Assembly (NCBI GenBank): GCA_041082215.1
Contig: JBDOIF010000091.1
Coordinates: forward strand, 9,841 to 73,840
DNA from: Anaerolineae bacterium
GTDB taxonomy: Bacteria; Chloroflexota; Anaerolineae; B4-G1; DUEL01
DNA: 64,000 nucleotides
Direction: 5' to 3'
Made by a program: the position numbers and the translations under genes
The notes under the pieces: generated by a model
The model's input: only the letters and a program-made list of their open reading frames with translations
What the model was told of the DNA's origin: nothing
Database searches by the model: none
Part shown: positions 18,060 through 26,829 of the stretch, piece by piece
How the letters are laid out: each line of letters opens with the position of its first letter
How positions within the stretch are numbered: position 1 is the stretch's first letter

Positions 18060-18515
18060 CTAATCCGACGGGGGGAGGGAGAGGACAATGATGGGATCGC
18101 CGACCGCCACCTCCCCTTCCTCCAGCACACGGACAAAGATCCCCTCCCTGGGCATCACGCAGTCTCCCACCTTCTGGAAGATCGCGCACCGGGTATGGCA
18201 GAGCTTGCCGATCTGGGTCACTTCCACCAGCGCCGATCCCAGCCGCATCCGTGTACCCACCGGGAGGGTGTGGAGCTCCAGGCCGCGGGTGGTGATATTC
18301 TCGGCAAAGCTCCCCTCCTGCACGTTCAGCCCCCGGGCCCGCATCTTTTCGATGGACTCCCAGGCCAGGAGGGAGACCTGCCGGTGCCAGGGGCCGGCGT
18401 GGGCGTCCCCTTCAATGCCCCATTCGACGCAGAGCTTTGCCCGTCCGATGTTCTTCTTGACCGTTCCCTTCCGCTTGCTGGTGCAGACGGCGACGACTTC
18501 GCCCTTTTTCTCCAT
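18060..18515 (-). CDS. MOSC domain protein
   Basis: [36 protein letters not shown]. Confidence 0.9.
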   Translation of the reverse strand: MEKKGEVVAVCTSKRKGTVKKNIGRAKLCVEWGIEGDAHAGPWHRQVSLLAWESIEKMRARGLNVQEGSFAENITTRGLELHTLPVGTRMRLGSALVEVTQIGKLCHTRCAIFQKVGDCVMPREGIFVRVLEEGEVAVGDPIIVLSLPPSD

Positions 18516-18999
18516 TGCTTCTCCTCTCCTCCGCCACCCATTCCCCGCTCTTCCCCCCGCTCTTGCGAAGCAGACGGATGTTCTGGAGCCGCATCCCCCG
18601 GTCCACTGCCTTGCACATATCGTAGATCGTCAGCCCGGCGATGGCCACTGCCGTCAGCGCCTCCATCTCCACGCCGGTGACGCCGGTGCAGCGGACCCGG
18701 GCCGCAATTTCTATCACCGACCGGGCCTCGTCGAACGAGAAATCCACTTCGACCGAGGTGATGGGCAGCGGGTGGCAGAGGGGGATCAGCTCCGGCGTCC
18801 GTTTGGCGGCCTGGATTCCGGCCACCCGGGCCACGGCGAGCACGTCCCCTTTGGGAATGCCCCCCTGCTGGATGAGGGCCAGCGTCTCCGGCCGCATCCA
18901 GACCTCGCCAGCGGCCACCGCCTCCCGCGCCGTGGCGGGCTTTCCAGACACGTCCACCATCCGGGCTGCCCCCTGCTCGTCCAGGTGGGTCAATCTCAT
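18412..18999 (-). CDS. moaC: Cyclic pyranopterin monophosphate synthase MoaC
   Basis: LTHLD...[34 protein letters not shown]; the C-terminus overlaps the MOSC gene. Confidence 0.93.
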   Translation of the reverse strand: MRLTHLDEQGAARMVDVSGKPATAREAVAAGEVWMRPETLALIQQGGIPKGDVLAVARVAGIQAAKRTPELIPLCHPLPITSVEVDFSFDEARSVIEIAARVRCTGVTGVEMEALTAVAIAGLTIYDMCKAVDRGMRLQNIRLLRKSGGKSGEWVAEERRSNGEKGRSRRRLHQQAEGNGQEEHRTGKALRRMGH

Positions 19000-19048
19000 A
19001 TCGCACCTCTTTGCAGGATTCCGCTCCCAGCGCCCCCGTGCTTCCCGA

Positions 19049-20035
19049 CTACCCTCCGATCTGCGACATCGTCCGGCAGCCTGGCACCAGGTTCTCCGCC
19101 AGGCGGTGCCCCCTCGGTTTGGCGACGATAGCCTGCTGGAGGATGGCCCGCAGCTCTTCATCGCTGGCCCCTGCCCGGAGAGGGGTGCGCAGGTCAATGG
19201 AGAGATCCGAGAGCAGGCAGGGAAGAAGCCGCCCATCGGAGGTGAGCCGCAGCCGGTTACAGCCCTGGCAGAAGTGTTCGGTGACCGGGCTGATGAAGCC
19301 CAGGGTTCCCTTTGCGCCGGAGAGCTGGTAGTAGCGGGCCGGCCCGGCTCCCGCCTCTCCCTGCACCGGTGTCAGCGGTCCCAGGGCGGCCTCTACCCGG
19401 GCACGGATCTCGGCCGAAGGGACCACCCCATCGCCCGACCAGTGGGTGCCCGCTCCCAGCGGCATCACTTCGATGAAGCGGATGTGCCAGTCCGGCTCCA
19501 GCGTCAGCCGGGCCAGGTCCACCACCTCATCGTCGTTCAGCCCCCGCACCACCACTGTGTTGACCTTTACCGGGGAGAGGCCGGCCTTCAGCGCTGCCCG
19601 TCGCCCTTCCAGCACGTCCTCCAACCGGCCCCAGCGGGTGATGCGCTGGAAACGCTCAGGCCGCAGCGTATCCAGGCTGATGTTGACCCGGCGGAGGCCA
19701 GCCCGGGCCAGCGGCTCGGCGTAGCGGGCCAGGAGCATCCCGTTGGTTGTCATCGAGAGATCGTCCAGCCCGGGGATGCTGGCCAGCGCCGCCACCAGGC
19801 CCACGATCCCCTTGCGCGCCAGCGGCTCCCCGCCGGTCAGGCGGACGTGGACGAAGCCCATCTCCACCGCCAGCCGCACGATGCGGGCGATTTCCTCGTA
19901 GCGGAGGATGTCGTCGTGGGTCAGTTGGGGGATCCCCTCTTCGGGCATGCAGTAGACACAACGGAGGTTGCAGCGGTCGGTCACCGAAACCCGAAGGTAC
20001 TGGATGGGGCGCTCGTAGGCATCTCGAAAAGGCAT
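19049..20035 (-). CDS. moaA: GTP 3',8-cyclase MoaA
   Basis: CNLRCVYC radical-SAM motif, [10 protein letters not shown]-terminal IGG. Confidence 0.96.
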   Translation of the reverse strand: MPFRDAYERPIQYLRVSVTDRCNLRCVYCMPEEGIPQLTHDDILRYEEIARIVRLAVEMGFVHVRLTGGEPLARKGIVGLVAALASIPGLDDLSMTTNGMLLARYAEPLARAGLRRVNISLDTLRPERFQRITRWGRLEDVLEGRRAALKAGLSPVKVNTVVVRGLNDDEVVDLARLTLEPDWHIRFIEVMPLGAGTHWSGDGVVPSAEIRARVEAALGPLTPVQGEAGAGPARYYQLSGAKGTLGFISPVTEHFCQGCNRLRLTSDGRLLPCLLSDLSIDLRTPLRAGASDEELRAILQQAIVAKPRGHRLAENLVPGCRTMSQIGG

Positions 20036-20049
20036 AGCGGGCCTCCCGG

Positions 20050-20097
20050 CTCAGTGCTTTCAGTCCTTGCAGCGCCTTCAGTGCGCTCACTGCTCTC
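20050..20097. repeat. 9-nt periodic repeat in the moaA leader
   Basis: ctcagtgct ttcagtcct tgcagcgcc ttcagtgcg ctcactgct. Confidence 0.5.
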
Positions 20098-20237
20098 GGT
20101 GGGGTCAGTTTACCCCAATTCCCCGTTTCGGTCAAAAAAGGCAGCGGTTCGGCCTGATTGAAATCGCCCTCGCTGGGGCTTCGCGCCGGTTGGGGCGCTC
20201 CTGTGGAGCCGGAGGGACACGGCGACCTGTCCAGCCA

Positions 20238-20315
20238 GCAGGACGGCTAGCAAAGCCGCCCTGCAGGTCGGGTTTGCTACCAAAAAAGTAGGACAACTGC
20301 AAGCAGTTGTCCTAC
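20238..20315. repeat. Two REP palindromes downstream of rpsT
   Basis: GCAGGACGGCT-agcaa-AGCCGCCCTGC and GTAGGACAACTGC-aa-GCAGTTGTCCTAC. Confidence 0.75.
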
Positions 20316-20355
20316 CTGTAAGCAACGGTGTGTCTTCCGGTGGGTGGGGAGGCCG

Positions 20356-20628
20356 TTATTGCCCCCCAAAGGTCTGGTTGTAGAGCCGCATCAGCCGCGC
20401 CTTGCGTCGGGCGGCATTGTTCTTGTGGAGGATGCCTTTCTCCGCAGCCCTGTCCAGGGCGCTGTAGGCTGCCACGATGGCCTCGCGGGCCTCCTCCGCC
20501 TGGCCCGCCTGGATCATCTGGCGGGCCTTCTTGATCGCCGTCCGCGCCCGGCCGCGATGGACCCGGTTCCGCAGTCGCCGACGTTCGTTCTGTCGCATCC
20601 TTTTGATAGCCGATTTGGTGTTTGCCAA
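20356..20628 (-). CDS. rpsT: 30S ribosomal protein S20
   Basis: [10 protein letters not shown]...[16 protein letters not shown]; TTG start. Confidence 0.97.
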   Translation of the reverse strand: MANTKSAIKRMRQNERRRLRNRVHRGRARTAIKKARQMIQAGQAEEAREAIVAAYSALDRAAEKGILHKNNAARRKARLMRLYNQTFGGQ

Positions 20629-20743
20629 CGTTCCTTCCTCCCCATCGCTCCGACACGGGAGCTCCTACCTCTGGCAGCGGCGTTATTTTACCGCATTTTG
20701 TCCGATTTGTCCAGCCGCCCGGCTTGGATATAATTTTCAGGGA

Positions 20744-21166
20744 ATGGCATCGAAACGTCCTGCAGGTCTCTGGCGCTCTCTGCTTGCCCGGTTCTACCAT
20801 CTCCGGGGGATGGCTCATCGTCACCTGGGCCATCTTCAGGGGGACCGGGAAGAGTATCGGTGGGCAGTGGCCGATTTCACCCGGGCGCTCTGCTATGATC
20901 CCGACTTCGTGCAGGCTCTGTACGACCGGGCGCTCCTGCTCTGGCGGGAGCTGAACGACGGGGCAGGTGCGGAGCTGGACCTGACGCGGGTGCTGGAGCT
21001 TGAGCCGGAGCGGGCAGAGGCCTGGTTCAACCGCGCCTTTGCCCGCCGATCGGTCGGCGATACTCCCGGCGCCATCGCCGATTTCGAGCGGTACCTGGAA
21101 AGAGGGGACGATCCGGAATGGCGAGAGATCAGTCAACGGCAGATCCGCATCCTGCGGACGCTCTAG
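20744..21166 (+). CDS. Tetratricopeptide repeat protein
   Basis: AVADFTRAL, AEAWFNRA, AIADFERYL TPR consensus; start trimmed to the ATG at 20744. Confidence 0.8.
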   Translation: MASKRPAGLWRSLLARFYHLRGMAHRHLGHLQGDREEYRWAVADFTRALCYDPDFVQALYDRALLLWRELNDGAGAELDLTRVLELEPERAEAWFNRAFARRSVGDTPGAIADFERYLERGDDPEWREISQRQIRILRTL

Positions 21167-21540
21167 AAAGGGCGGCAACGGTCGGCCTGTGGCTTCACCA
21201 CCTGCTCGGCTTTCGGGCCGCCCTGGCCCCCTTCCAGGCCACCCTCCAGGCCCTGGGAGAGCGGGTCCAGGAGCCGGACGGACGCCGACAACTGCTGGTG
21301 CTCTGGCGTCCCTGCCAGGAGCAACTCGACCTCCTGCTGGACGGCGCACACCCTTCGATGGAATGGCCTGCCCGGATGGGCCTGTTCCGGCGGGAGATGG
21401 AGGATCATCTGCTGGATGAGCTTTACAGCCCGGTTGCGTTGCGGGAGCTGGTGGAGGACATCAACCAGATGTGCGAGGTCCTCCTCCTCCGGCTGGCTCA
21501 GGAGTTAACCGAGGTGACGGCAAAGGAGAGGGGCCGATGA
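21118..21540 (+). CDS. Hypothetical helical protein
   Basis: Fills the gap between the TPR gene and the next gene; its stop overlaps the next ATG; start uncertain. Confidence 0.55.
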   Translation: MARDQSTADPHPADALERAATVGLWLHHLLGFRAALAPFQATLQALGERVQEPDGRRQLLVLWRPCQEQLDLLLDGAHPSMEWPARMGLFRREMEDHLLDELYSPVALRELVEDINQMCEVLLLRLAQELTEVTAKERGR

Positions 21541-22406
21541 GCCAGGTGTTCGAAACGCTGCAGGACCGATACCGGGACCTGATGGCCGAAGGACCTGGAG
21601 GCCTCCGGGATGAGGCGTATCTGGAGCGCGTGCGGGTCCTCCTGCAAGAGATGCGGGAGGCCGGCGCGGTGGTGGGCGACCCGGACGAGCGAAGTCTGCT
21701 TCGGGCGTATATGCGGTTTCTGGCCGCTTTGCTCCTCCGGGCAGGGCAGGAGCTGCCAGAGATGGACCTGATGCCGCTGGACCGGGAGAGACGGCCTGTC
21801 CGGTTCCCGGCCGACCGCCCCCGTGTGCCCGCGTGGGTCTGGGGGCTTGTCGGCGCTGCGGCCATAGTTGTGGTCGCAGGACTGATCGGGATGGCGGGCC
21901 TTTCCTTTGGGGCCTTCAGCCCGGGGCCGGCTCCGACGCTGCCTCCCACTCCCTCGTCCCCGCCTCCTACCTCCACTCCCGCGCCCACCCCTACTCCCAC
22001 GCCCACGCCCTCCCCCACGCCGACCCCCCGCCCTTCGACGCCCGCTTTCAGCCCGATCACCATCGCCCTGGGGATGCTCAGCCCCACCGAGCCATTTCTG
22101 GTGGGGGATGAATTCGACTGGAACACCCGGGCGGTCTATGCCGTCTTCGACTACACCGGGATGCGGGACGGGCTGGCCTGGTCGGTGGTGTGGGTTCGGA
22201 ACGGGGAGGAGATCGCGCGGGAGAGCCATTTCTGGGACCTGGAACAGGACGGTGTTTCTGGCACCCTGTGGGTCGCCTACTTCAACCCGGATGGGACCGT
22301 GCTGCGGGGCGGCGATTATACGGTCTCTCTGTACATTGAAAACAGGCTTGCGGCGGAGGCTTCTTTCCGGATTCGCTACTATGTTCCTCCGACTCCACAG
22401 AGTTGA
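21537..22406 (+). CDS. Single-pass membrane protein with Pro/Thr linker and extracellular beta domain
   Basis: TM segment WVWGLVGAAAIVVVAGLIG, PTPTPT linker, W/Y-rich C-terminal domain. Confidence 0.7.
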   Translation: MSQVFETLQDRYRDLMAEGPGGLRDEAYLERVRVLLQEMREAGAVVGDPDERSLLRAYMRFLAALLLRAGQELPEMDLMPLDRERRPVRFPADRPRVPAWVWGLVGAAAIVVVAGLIGMAGLSFGAFSPGPAPTLPPTPSSPPPTSTPAPTPTPTPTPSPTPTPRPSTPAFSPITIALGMLSPTEPFLVGDEFDWNTRAVYAVFDYTGMRDGLAWSVVWVRNGEEIARESHFWDLEQDGVSGTLWVAYFNPDGTVLRGGDYTVSLYIENRLAAEASFRIRYYVPPTPQS

Positions 22407-22421
22407 GGGATTGATCCGACC

Positions 22422-23141
22422 ATGGCAGACGACAACGCAGCAATCCTTTACCATCCGACGATCAAGGAACTGCCGCTTCCGGAGCGGCCCCGGGAGCGGC
22501 TGGCGCGGCTGGGTCCCTCTGCCCTCTCCACGGCCGAGCTCCTGGCCATCATCCTCCGGACAGGTGTGGACGGGGAGAACGTGCTGGCTGTGGCAAGCCG
22601 GCTGCTGGTCCGCTATGGAGGGCTGGCGGGACTGGCCCGGGCCAGCCTCTCGGAGCTGATGGCGGAGCGGGGGATGGGGCTGGCGAAAGCGGCCCAGCTT
22701 CAGGCAGCGCTGGAACTGGGCCGCAGACTGATGCTCGTCGGTCCTGAGGAGCGCCCCCAGATCCGCACCCCGTCCGACGCTGCCACCCTCCTGATGGGCG
22801 AGATGGCCCACCTGGAGCAGGAGCATTTCTGGGTCCTCTTCCTGGATACCCGTAACCGGGTGCTGGGCAGTGAGTCGGTCTACAAGGGAAGCCTCAACCA
22901 ATCCCAGGTCCGGGTGGGGGAGGTCTTCCGGGAGGCGGTGCGGCGCAACTGTGCGGCCGTCATCGTCGCCCACAACCACCCCTCTGGCGATCCTTCCCCC
23001 AGCCCGGAGGATGTGGCGGTGACACGGGACCTGGTGGCAGCAGGAAAGCTCCTGGGGATCGAGGTGCTGGACCATCTGGTGATCGGCCAGGGGCGATGGG
23101 TGAGCCTCCGGGAGCGGGGGCTGGGGTTTGAGGCAAAGTAA
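22422..23141 (+). CDS. radC: RadC / UPF0758 JAB-domain protein
   Basis: PRERL...[10 protein letters not shown]; [14 protein letters not shown]; LDHLVIG. Confidence 0.95.
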   Translation: MADDNAAILYHPTIKELPLPERPRERLARLGPSALSTAELLAIILRTGVDGENVLAVASRLLVRYGGLAGLARASLSELMAERGMGLAKAAQLQAALELGRRLMLVGPEERPQIRTPSDAATLLMGEMAHLEQEHFWVLFLDTRNRVLGSESVYKGSLNQSQVRVGEVFREAVRRNCAAVIVAHNHPSGDPSPSPEDVAVTRDLVAAGKLLGIEVLDHLVIGQGRWVSLRERGLGFEAK

Positions 23142-23219
23142 AACCCCCCACTGGTGGAACCTCCCCGGCGGAAGCAACGTCTATATTTCAGGAGCGATAA
23201 AGCCGCACAGGAGGGAGAG

Positions 23220-24059
23220 ATGAAGAAACCGCAGGCGTTGCTTTTTGGCGCGGTTCTTCTCGGTTTGATGGCTGGGGCGGCAGCAGGTTGCGGCTCCTCC
23301 TACCAGGCTGTGCAGCCCGGCGACGACGAGCCCCCAGAAGTAACGCTACCCACCCCTACTGGCCTGGCATCCCCCACCCGGGGGCCACTGGAGTCGCCCT
23401 CTGCTGACAATCCCCAGGAGACGGAGGCGCCGGGACCTTCCCCCACCGACACGCGCCTGCCCTTCTCCCTTCCCATTCCGACGGAGGCCCCTCCGCTGGA
23501 CGTAACCCAACAGCCGGAGGTTGATCGGATGGACCAGGATGAGGCCGTTGCATTGGCAAAACAGGCTCTGGCCCAACGCCTGAGCATCGCAGTGGAGGAA
23601 ATCGAAACAACGTGGGTCGGACCTGCCACCTGGCCCGATACCAGCCTGGGGTGCCCCCAAAAGGGGGTGGTTTACCTCCCCGTCATCATCCAGGGGTATC
23701 GGGTTCTCCTCCATGCGGGGGGGCAGGATTACGAAGTACACGTGGGTAACGGCAAGGCGGTGATCTGTGCTGAAACCCACGTCCAGCTCCCGGCCCTGGA
23801 ACGGGCCTCCGACGTGGGGCGTGTGTATGAGATGGCCCGGCAGGACCTGGCGGGCCGACTGGGCGTGTCGGTGGAGGAGATCCAGGCCCGCCTCATCCGC
23901 CTGGCCACCTGGCCCGACGGGAGCCTCGGCTGCCCCACAGCAGGGGAAACCTATCCTCCGCAGGCCGTCGAAGGATACATTGTCGAACTGGAATTCGGGG
24001 GACGGATGTACGAGTACCACTCCGACGGAGAGCGGGTAGTGCTGTGTGAGGAGCCGTAA
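23220..24059 (+). CDS. Lipoprotein with two tandem WPDxSLGCP repeats
   Basis: Lipobox AAGC; repeats WPDTSLGCP...GY and WPDGSLGCP...GY. Confidence 0.8.
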   Translation: MKKPQALLFGAVLLGLMAGAAAGCGSSYQAVQPGDDEPPEVTLPTPTGLASPTRGPLESPSADNPQETEAPGPSPTDTRLPFSLPIPTEAPPLDVTQQPEVDRMDQDEAVALAKQALAQRLSIAVEEIETTWVGPATWPDTSLGCPQKGVVYLPVIIQGYRVLLHAGGQDYEVHVGNGKAVICAETHVQLPALERASDVGRVYEMARQDLAGRLGVSVEEIQARLIRLATWPDGSLGCPTAGETYPPQAVEGYIVELEFGGRMYEYHSDGERVVLCEEP

Positions 24060-24084
24060 ACCCACGCAGATGCTCTGGAATCGG

Positions 24085-24119
24085 AAAAAAAGTAGGGGAG
24101 AGCCAAACGGCTCTCCCCT
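24085..24119 (-). terminator. Intrinsic terminator of the S8 peptidase gene
   Basis: AGGGGAGAGCC-aaac-GGCTCTCCCCT with an A-run on the left (a T-run on the minus strand). Confidence 0.75.
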
Positions 24120-24139
24120 TGCTGTCCTTGCTGGGCGGG

Positions 24140-26422
24140 CTACTTTTTGAGGGTCAGGTACAGTCTGAACTGATCGGGTTTGTACATCTCGTATCCCTCG
24201 ATGTACACCCACCATGTGCCCGCCGCAGGCGCAGTGATCACCGCCCGCTCCGGCGCGTTGCCGGTAGCGCCATCCAGCGACGCCACGTTGAAGTCGGGAT
24301 CGAAGATCACCATGTCAATATCGCTGGTGGGGAACTTGCTCCAGTCCCGGAACCAGACCAGGTCGAAGGTGGCCGTGGTCACCCCTTCTGGAATCGTCAC
24401 CGGGACCCACACCACATCCCCCTGCTTGATGACGCTGCTGGCGATGGGGCGCCGGAGCGGCTGGCGGAAGTTCTCGCGGGTGATGCGCACGCGGAAGCTG
24501 ACAGGTGCCTCGTTGGAGAAATCGCCGATCAGGGAGAATTTCATCAGCCCCGGCTCCATCGGCTGATAGGTCCAGGGCATATCCGCGAAGGTCCACGGCC
24601 CGTCCTCAACGACGATGCTGAAGGAATCGCCATACCAGAAGGGATACCAGTACTCCTCGACCGGATGCGGGTAGGCGGTCCGTTTGGCGCTCTGGAGATG
24701 GACCTCGAGTGCGTTGGGCCAGTAGGCGTAATCGGAGTTATCCGGCGCGGTGATGTCGAAGACCTCGATGGTGACCTTGCTGGTGTAGTCGCTGATGGCG
24801 AAAACGGCGTCGAAGGACTCGCTGGGGTTGAGGGTGATCAGGCCGCTTTGCCATTTTTCCACCCGGTTCATCCGCGGCAGGAACAGGACATTGGGGTACA
24901 GCCCGCTGAAGCGCAGGAACGGCGCTCTACCCCAACCCTTATCTTTGAGGACCTGCAGGGACCCCAGTGTGTCCACAGTCCCCCAGCCCTGCTCGTTGAT
25001 GCCCTGCCACGGCTCTGCCACCACGTCGGGGTCCGCCCCCTTGAGCAGGGCGGCTCGCAACACCATTGGATTGGTCTCCTTACCCTCGACGTTCTCCCAG
25101 TAGGCGTTGAGCAGCGCCGCCACGCCTGCAACGGTGGGCGAGGAGAAGGAGGTGCCGCCGGCCCAGCGGAGTTCGTTCTGCGGCCCGGCATGGAAGTTCC
25201 ACAGGCCCAGCGCGCTGATATCCGGCCCGGCCCGTCCATCGCTCAGCGGCCCCCGGCTGGAGAAATTGGCCACCCGGGTCTCGTCGGTGGGACGCATCAC
25301 CATACCCTGCCCGGCCCCCAGCCCAGAGCGCAGTCCCAGGTACTCGTAGAGAACGCGGGAGGAGGGAGCGTAATCCAGCGCGCCGACGGAGATCGAATCC
25401 CAGGAGGTTGCCGGAGAGCCAACGGAGTTGGGGATCGGACCGTCGTTCCCGGCGGAGGCCACCACCAGGATGTTGGCCTTCGTCAGCTCCCGGATGAAGA
25501 GGTCGAAGGTATCCCGGCCGTCGTAGAGGGTGGGCCCGCCCAGGCTCATGTTGACGATGTCAATATCCAGCAGCCCCTCTTTCTTCAGCGTCAGGACATG
25601 GTCCAGCCCATCCAGAATGATGGAGGTGGGCACGCCCGCGCCAGAGGTGGGGAAGACCTTGACCGGGTAGAGCTTGGCCTCCGGGGCCTGTCCAAAGATC
25701 GGCACGAAATCAGGGCCCCAGCCCAGGTAGGTGTAGATCGCCTGGTAAAGGGGTACGTTCGGATTCGGGAAGGAAAGGGCGCACGAGGAAGCGATTATTC
25801 CACCCACGTGGGTGCCGTGCCAGTGGTTGCTGGGGCTGGTGGCGGGGACGCCATCTCCCGTTGCGTTGTAGCCGTCGGGGAAGCCGGGCGCGCCGATGAC
25901 AGCCTGGCTCAGGCAGACATTCGGCACCACCCCCGTATCCACCACCGCCACGATGGTGCCCTCACCATAGTTGGTATCCTCCCAGGCCCAGAGCGCTCCC
26001 GTGTAGAGGAAATTAGCATATCCCTCCGGCAGCGCTTCCAGGTCAACGGTGGTCGGGTCCACCGCCTCAAGGGACAGCTCCTCGGTTGCGTCCACCGTGT
26101 AGGAAAGCGGATGGACCTCATCTTCCAGGTCTTCGGGGAGGAAAACCATCCCGTCTTTCTCGATGAGGGCCACACCGGGGAAGCTCCCCAGCGCCTCCCG
26201 CTGGTCCACCGGAACGGTCACGGCCACCACCGGCACGTTCTCATACTGGAAGCGCACGGTGCCGCCGATGGACTCGATGAAACTCACCAGAGCGTCGGTT
26301 GAACCGTCAACCTGAATGAGAAGATTGACGGTCTCCCCGCCTCCCTGAGCCAGGGCCACCGATGGCACCCATACGCTGGTGGCAAGGACCACCAGTATCG
26401 CAACGAGCCTCAGCTTCTTCAT
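24140..26422 (-). CDS. Secreted S8 subtilisin-like serine peptidase with C-terminal PPC-like domain
   Basis: Signal peptide; triad VVDTG / HGTHVGG / GTSFSSP; oxyanion SAGNDG. Confidence 0.92.
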   Translation of the reverse strand: MKKLRLVAILVVLATSVWVPSVALAQGGGETVNLLIQVDGSTDALVSFIESIGGTVRFQYENVPVVAVTVPVDQREALGSFPGVALIEKDGMVFLPEDLEDEVHPLSYTVDATEELSLEAVDPTTVDLEALPEGYANFLYTGALWAWEDTNYGEGTIVAVVDTGVVPNVCLSQAVIGAPGFPDGYNATGDGVPATSPSNHWHGTHVGGIIASSCALSFPNPNVPLYQAIYTYLGWGPDFVPIFGQAPEAKLYPVKVFPTSGAGVPTSIILDGLDHVLTLKKEGLLDIDIVNMSLGGPTLYDGRDTFDLFIRELTKANILVVASAGNDGPIPNSVGSPATSWDSISVGALDYAPSSRVLYEYLGLRSGLGAGQGMVMRPTDETRVANFSSRGPLSDGRAGPDISALGLWNFHAGPQNELRWAGGTSFSSPTVAGVAALLNAYWENVEGKETNPMVLRAALLKGADPDVVAEPWQGINEQGWGTVDTLGSLQVLKDKGWGRAPFLRFSGLYPNVLFLPRMNRVEKWQSGLITLNPSESFDAVFAISDYTSKVTIEVFDITAPDNSDYAYWPNALEVHLQSAKRTAYPHPVEEYWYPFWYGDSFSIVVEDGPWTFADMPWTYQPMEPGLMKFSLIGDFSNEAPVSFRVRITRENFRQPLRRPIASSVIKQGDVVWVPVTIPEGVTTATFDLVWFRDWSKFPTSDIDMVIFDPDFNVASLDGATGNAPERAVITAPAAGTWWVYIEGYEMYKPDQFRLYLTLKK

Positions 26423-26734
26423 TGAAAATCCCTCCTGAAGTCTAAGTTATAGCCCTTTTTCATTTCAAGGAAGCGTCTCTGGAAAGGACCACTGACTCCC
26501 GCGTCTCACCTCCTTTCCATAAGTTGATTGACCATCTTTACACAGCGCAGATCGCCAGACGCAGGAACGTGTAATCGGGAGGGACAGGGAGAGTACCCGA
26601 ACAGGGAAACAACAGGAAGTGAAGGGCAGGGAGGTGACGAACCGATTCACCCCTCTCTTTCGCATGCATAGTATAACACAAAAAAACTCAAGTGTGCATT
26701 AAAACTTTCTTAAAATCAGCGTAGGGGGCCGGGG

Positions 26735-26763
26735 TTGCCCACTTCCTGCCCCGGTGCTACAAT
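26735..26763 (+). promoter_or_regulatory. sigma70 promoter of glyA-gcvT
   Basis: TTGCCC-17 nt-TACAAT with a TG extension. Confidence 0.6.
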
Positions 26764-26829
26764 ACACGATGCCCCTGACGCGATGGGTAGGAGTACGAAA
26801 CGAGCCACGACGAGAAGGAGGTGCTTTTT

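Noticed and set aside
20036-20330. Moco/Wco riboswitch upstream of moaA
   Set aside because: No recognisable consensus; the region is explained by a promoter (TTGACC-17-TAAACT on the minus strand), REPs and a 9-mer repeat.
22422-23141. radC as a marker of a mobile element
   Set aside because: Full-length chromosomal type with N-terminal HhH region; no integrase or transfer genes nearby.
26764-26829. Glycine, ZTP or THF riboswitch before glyA-gcvT
   Set aside because: The leader is only about 60 nt and lacks the consensus elements.
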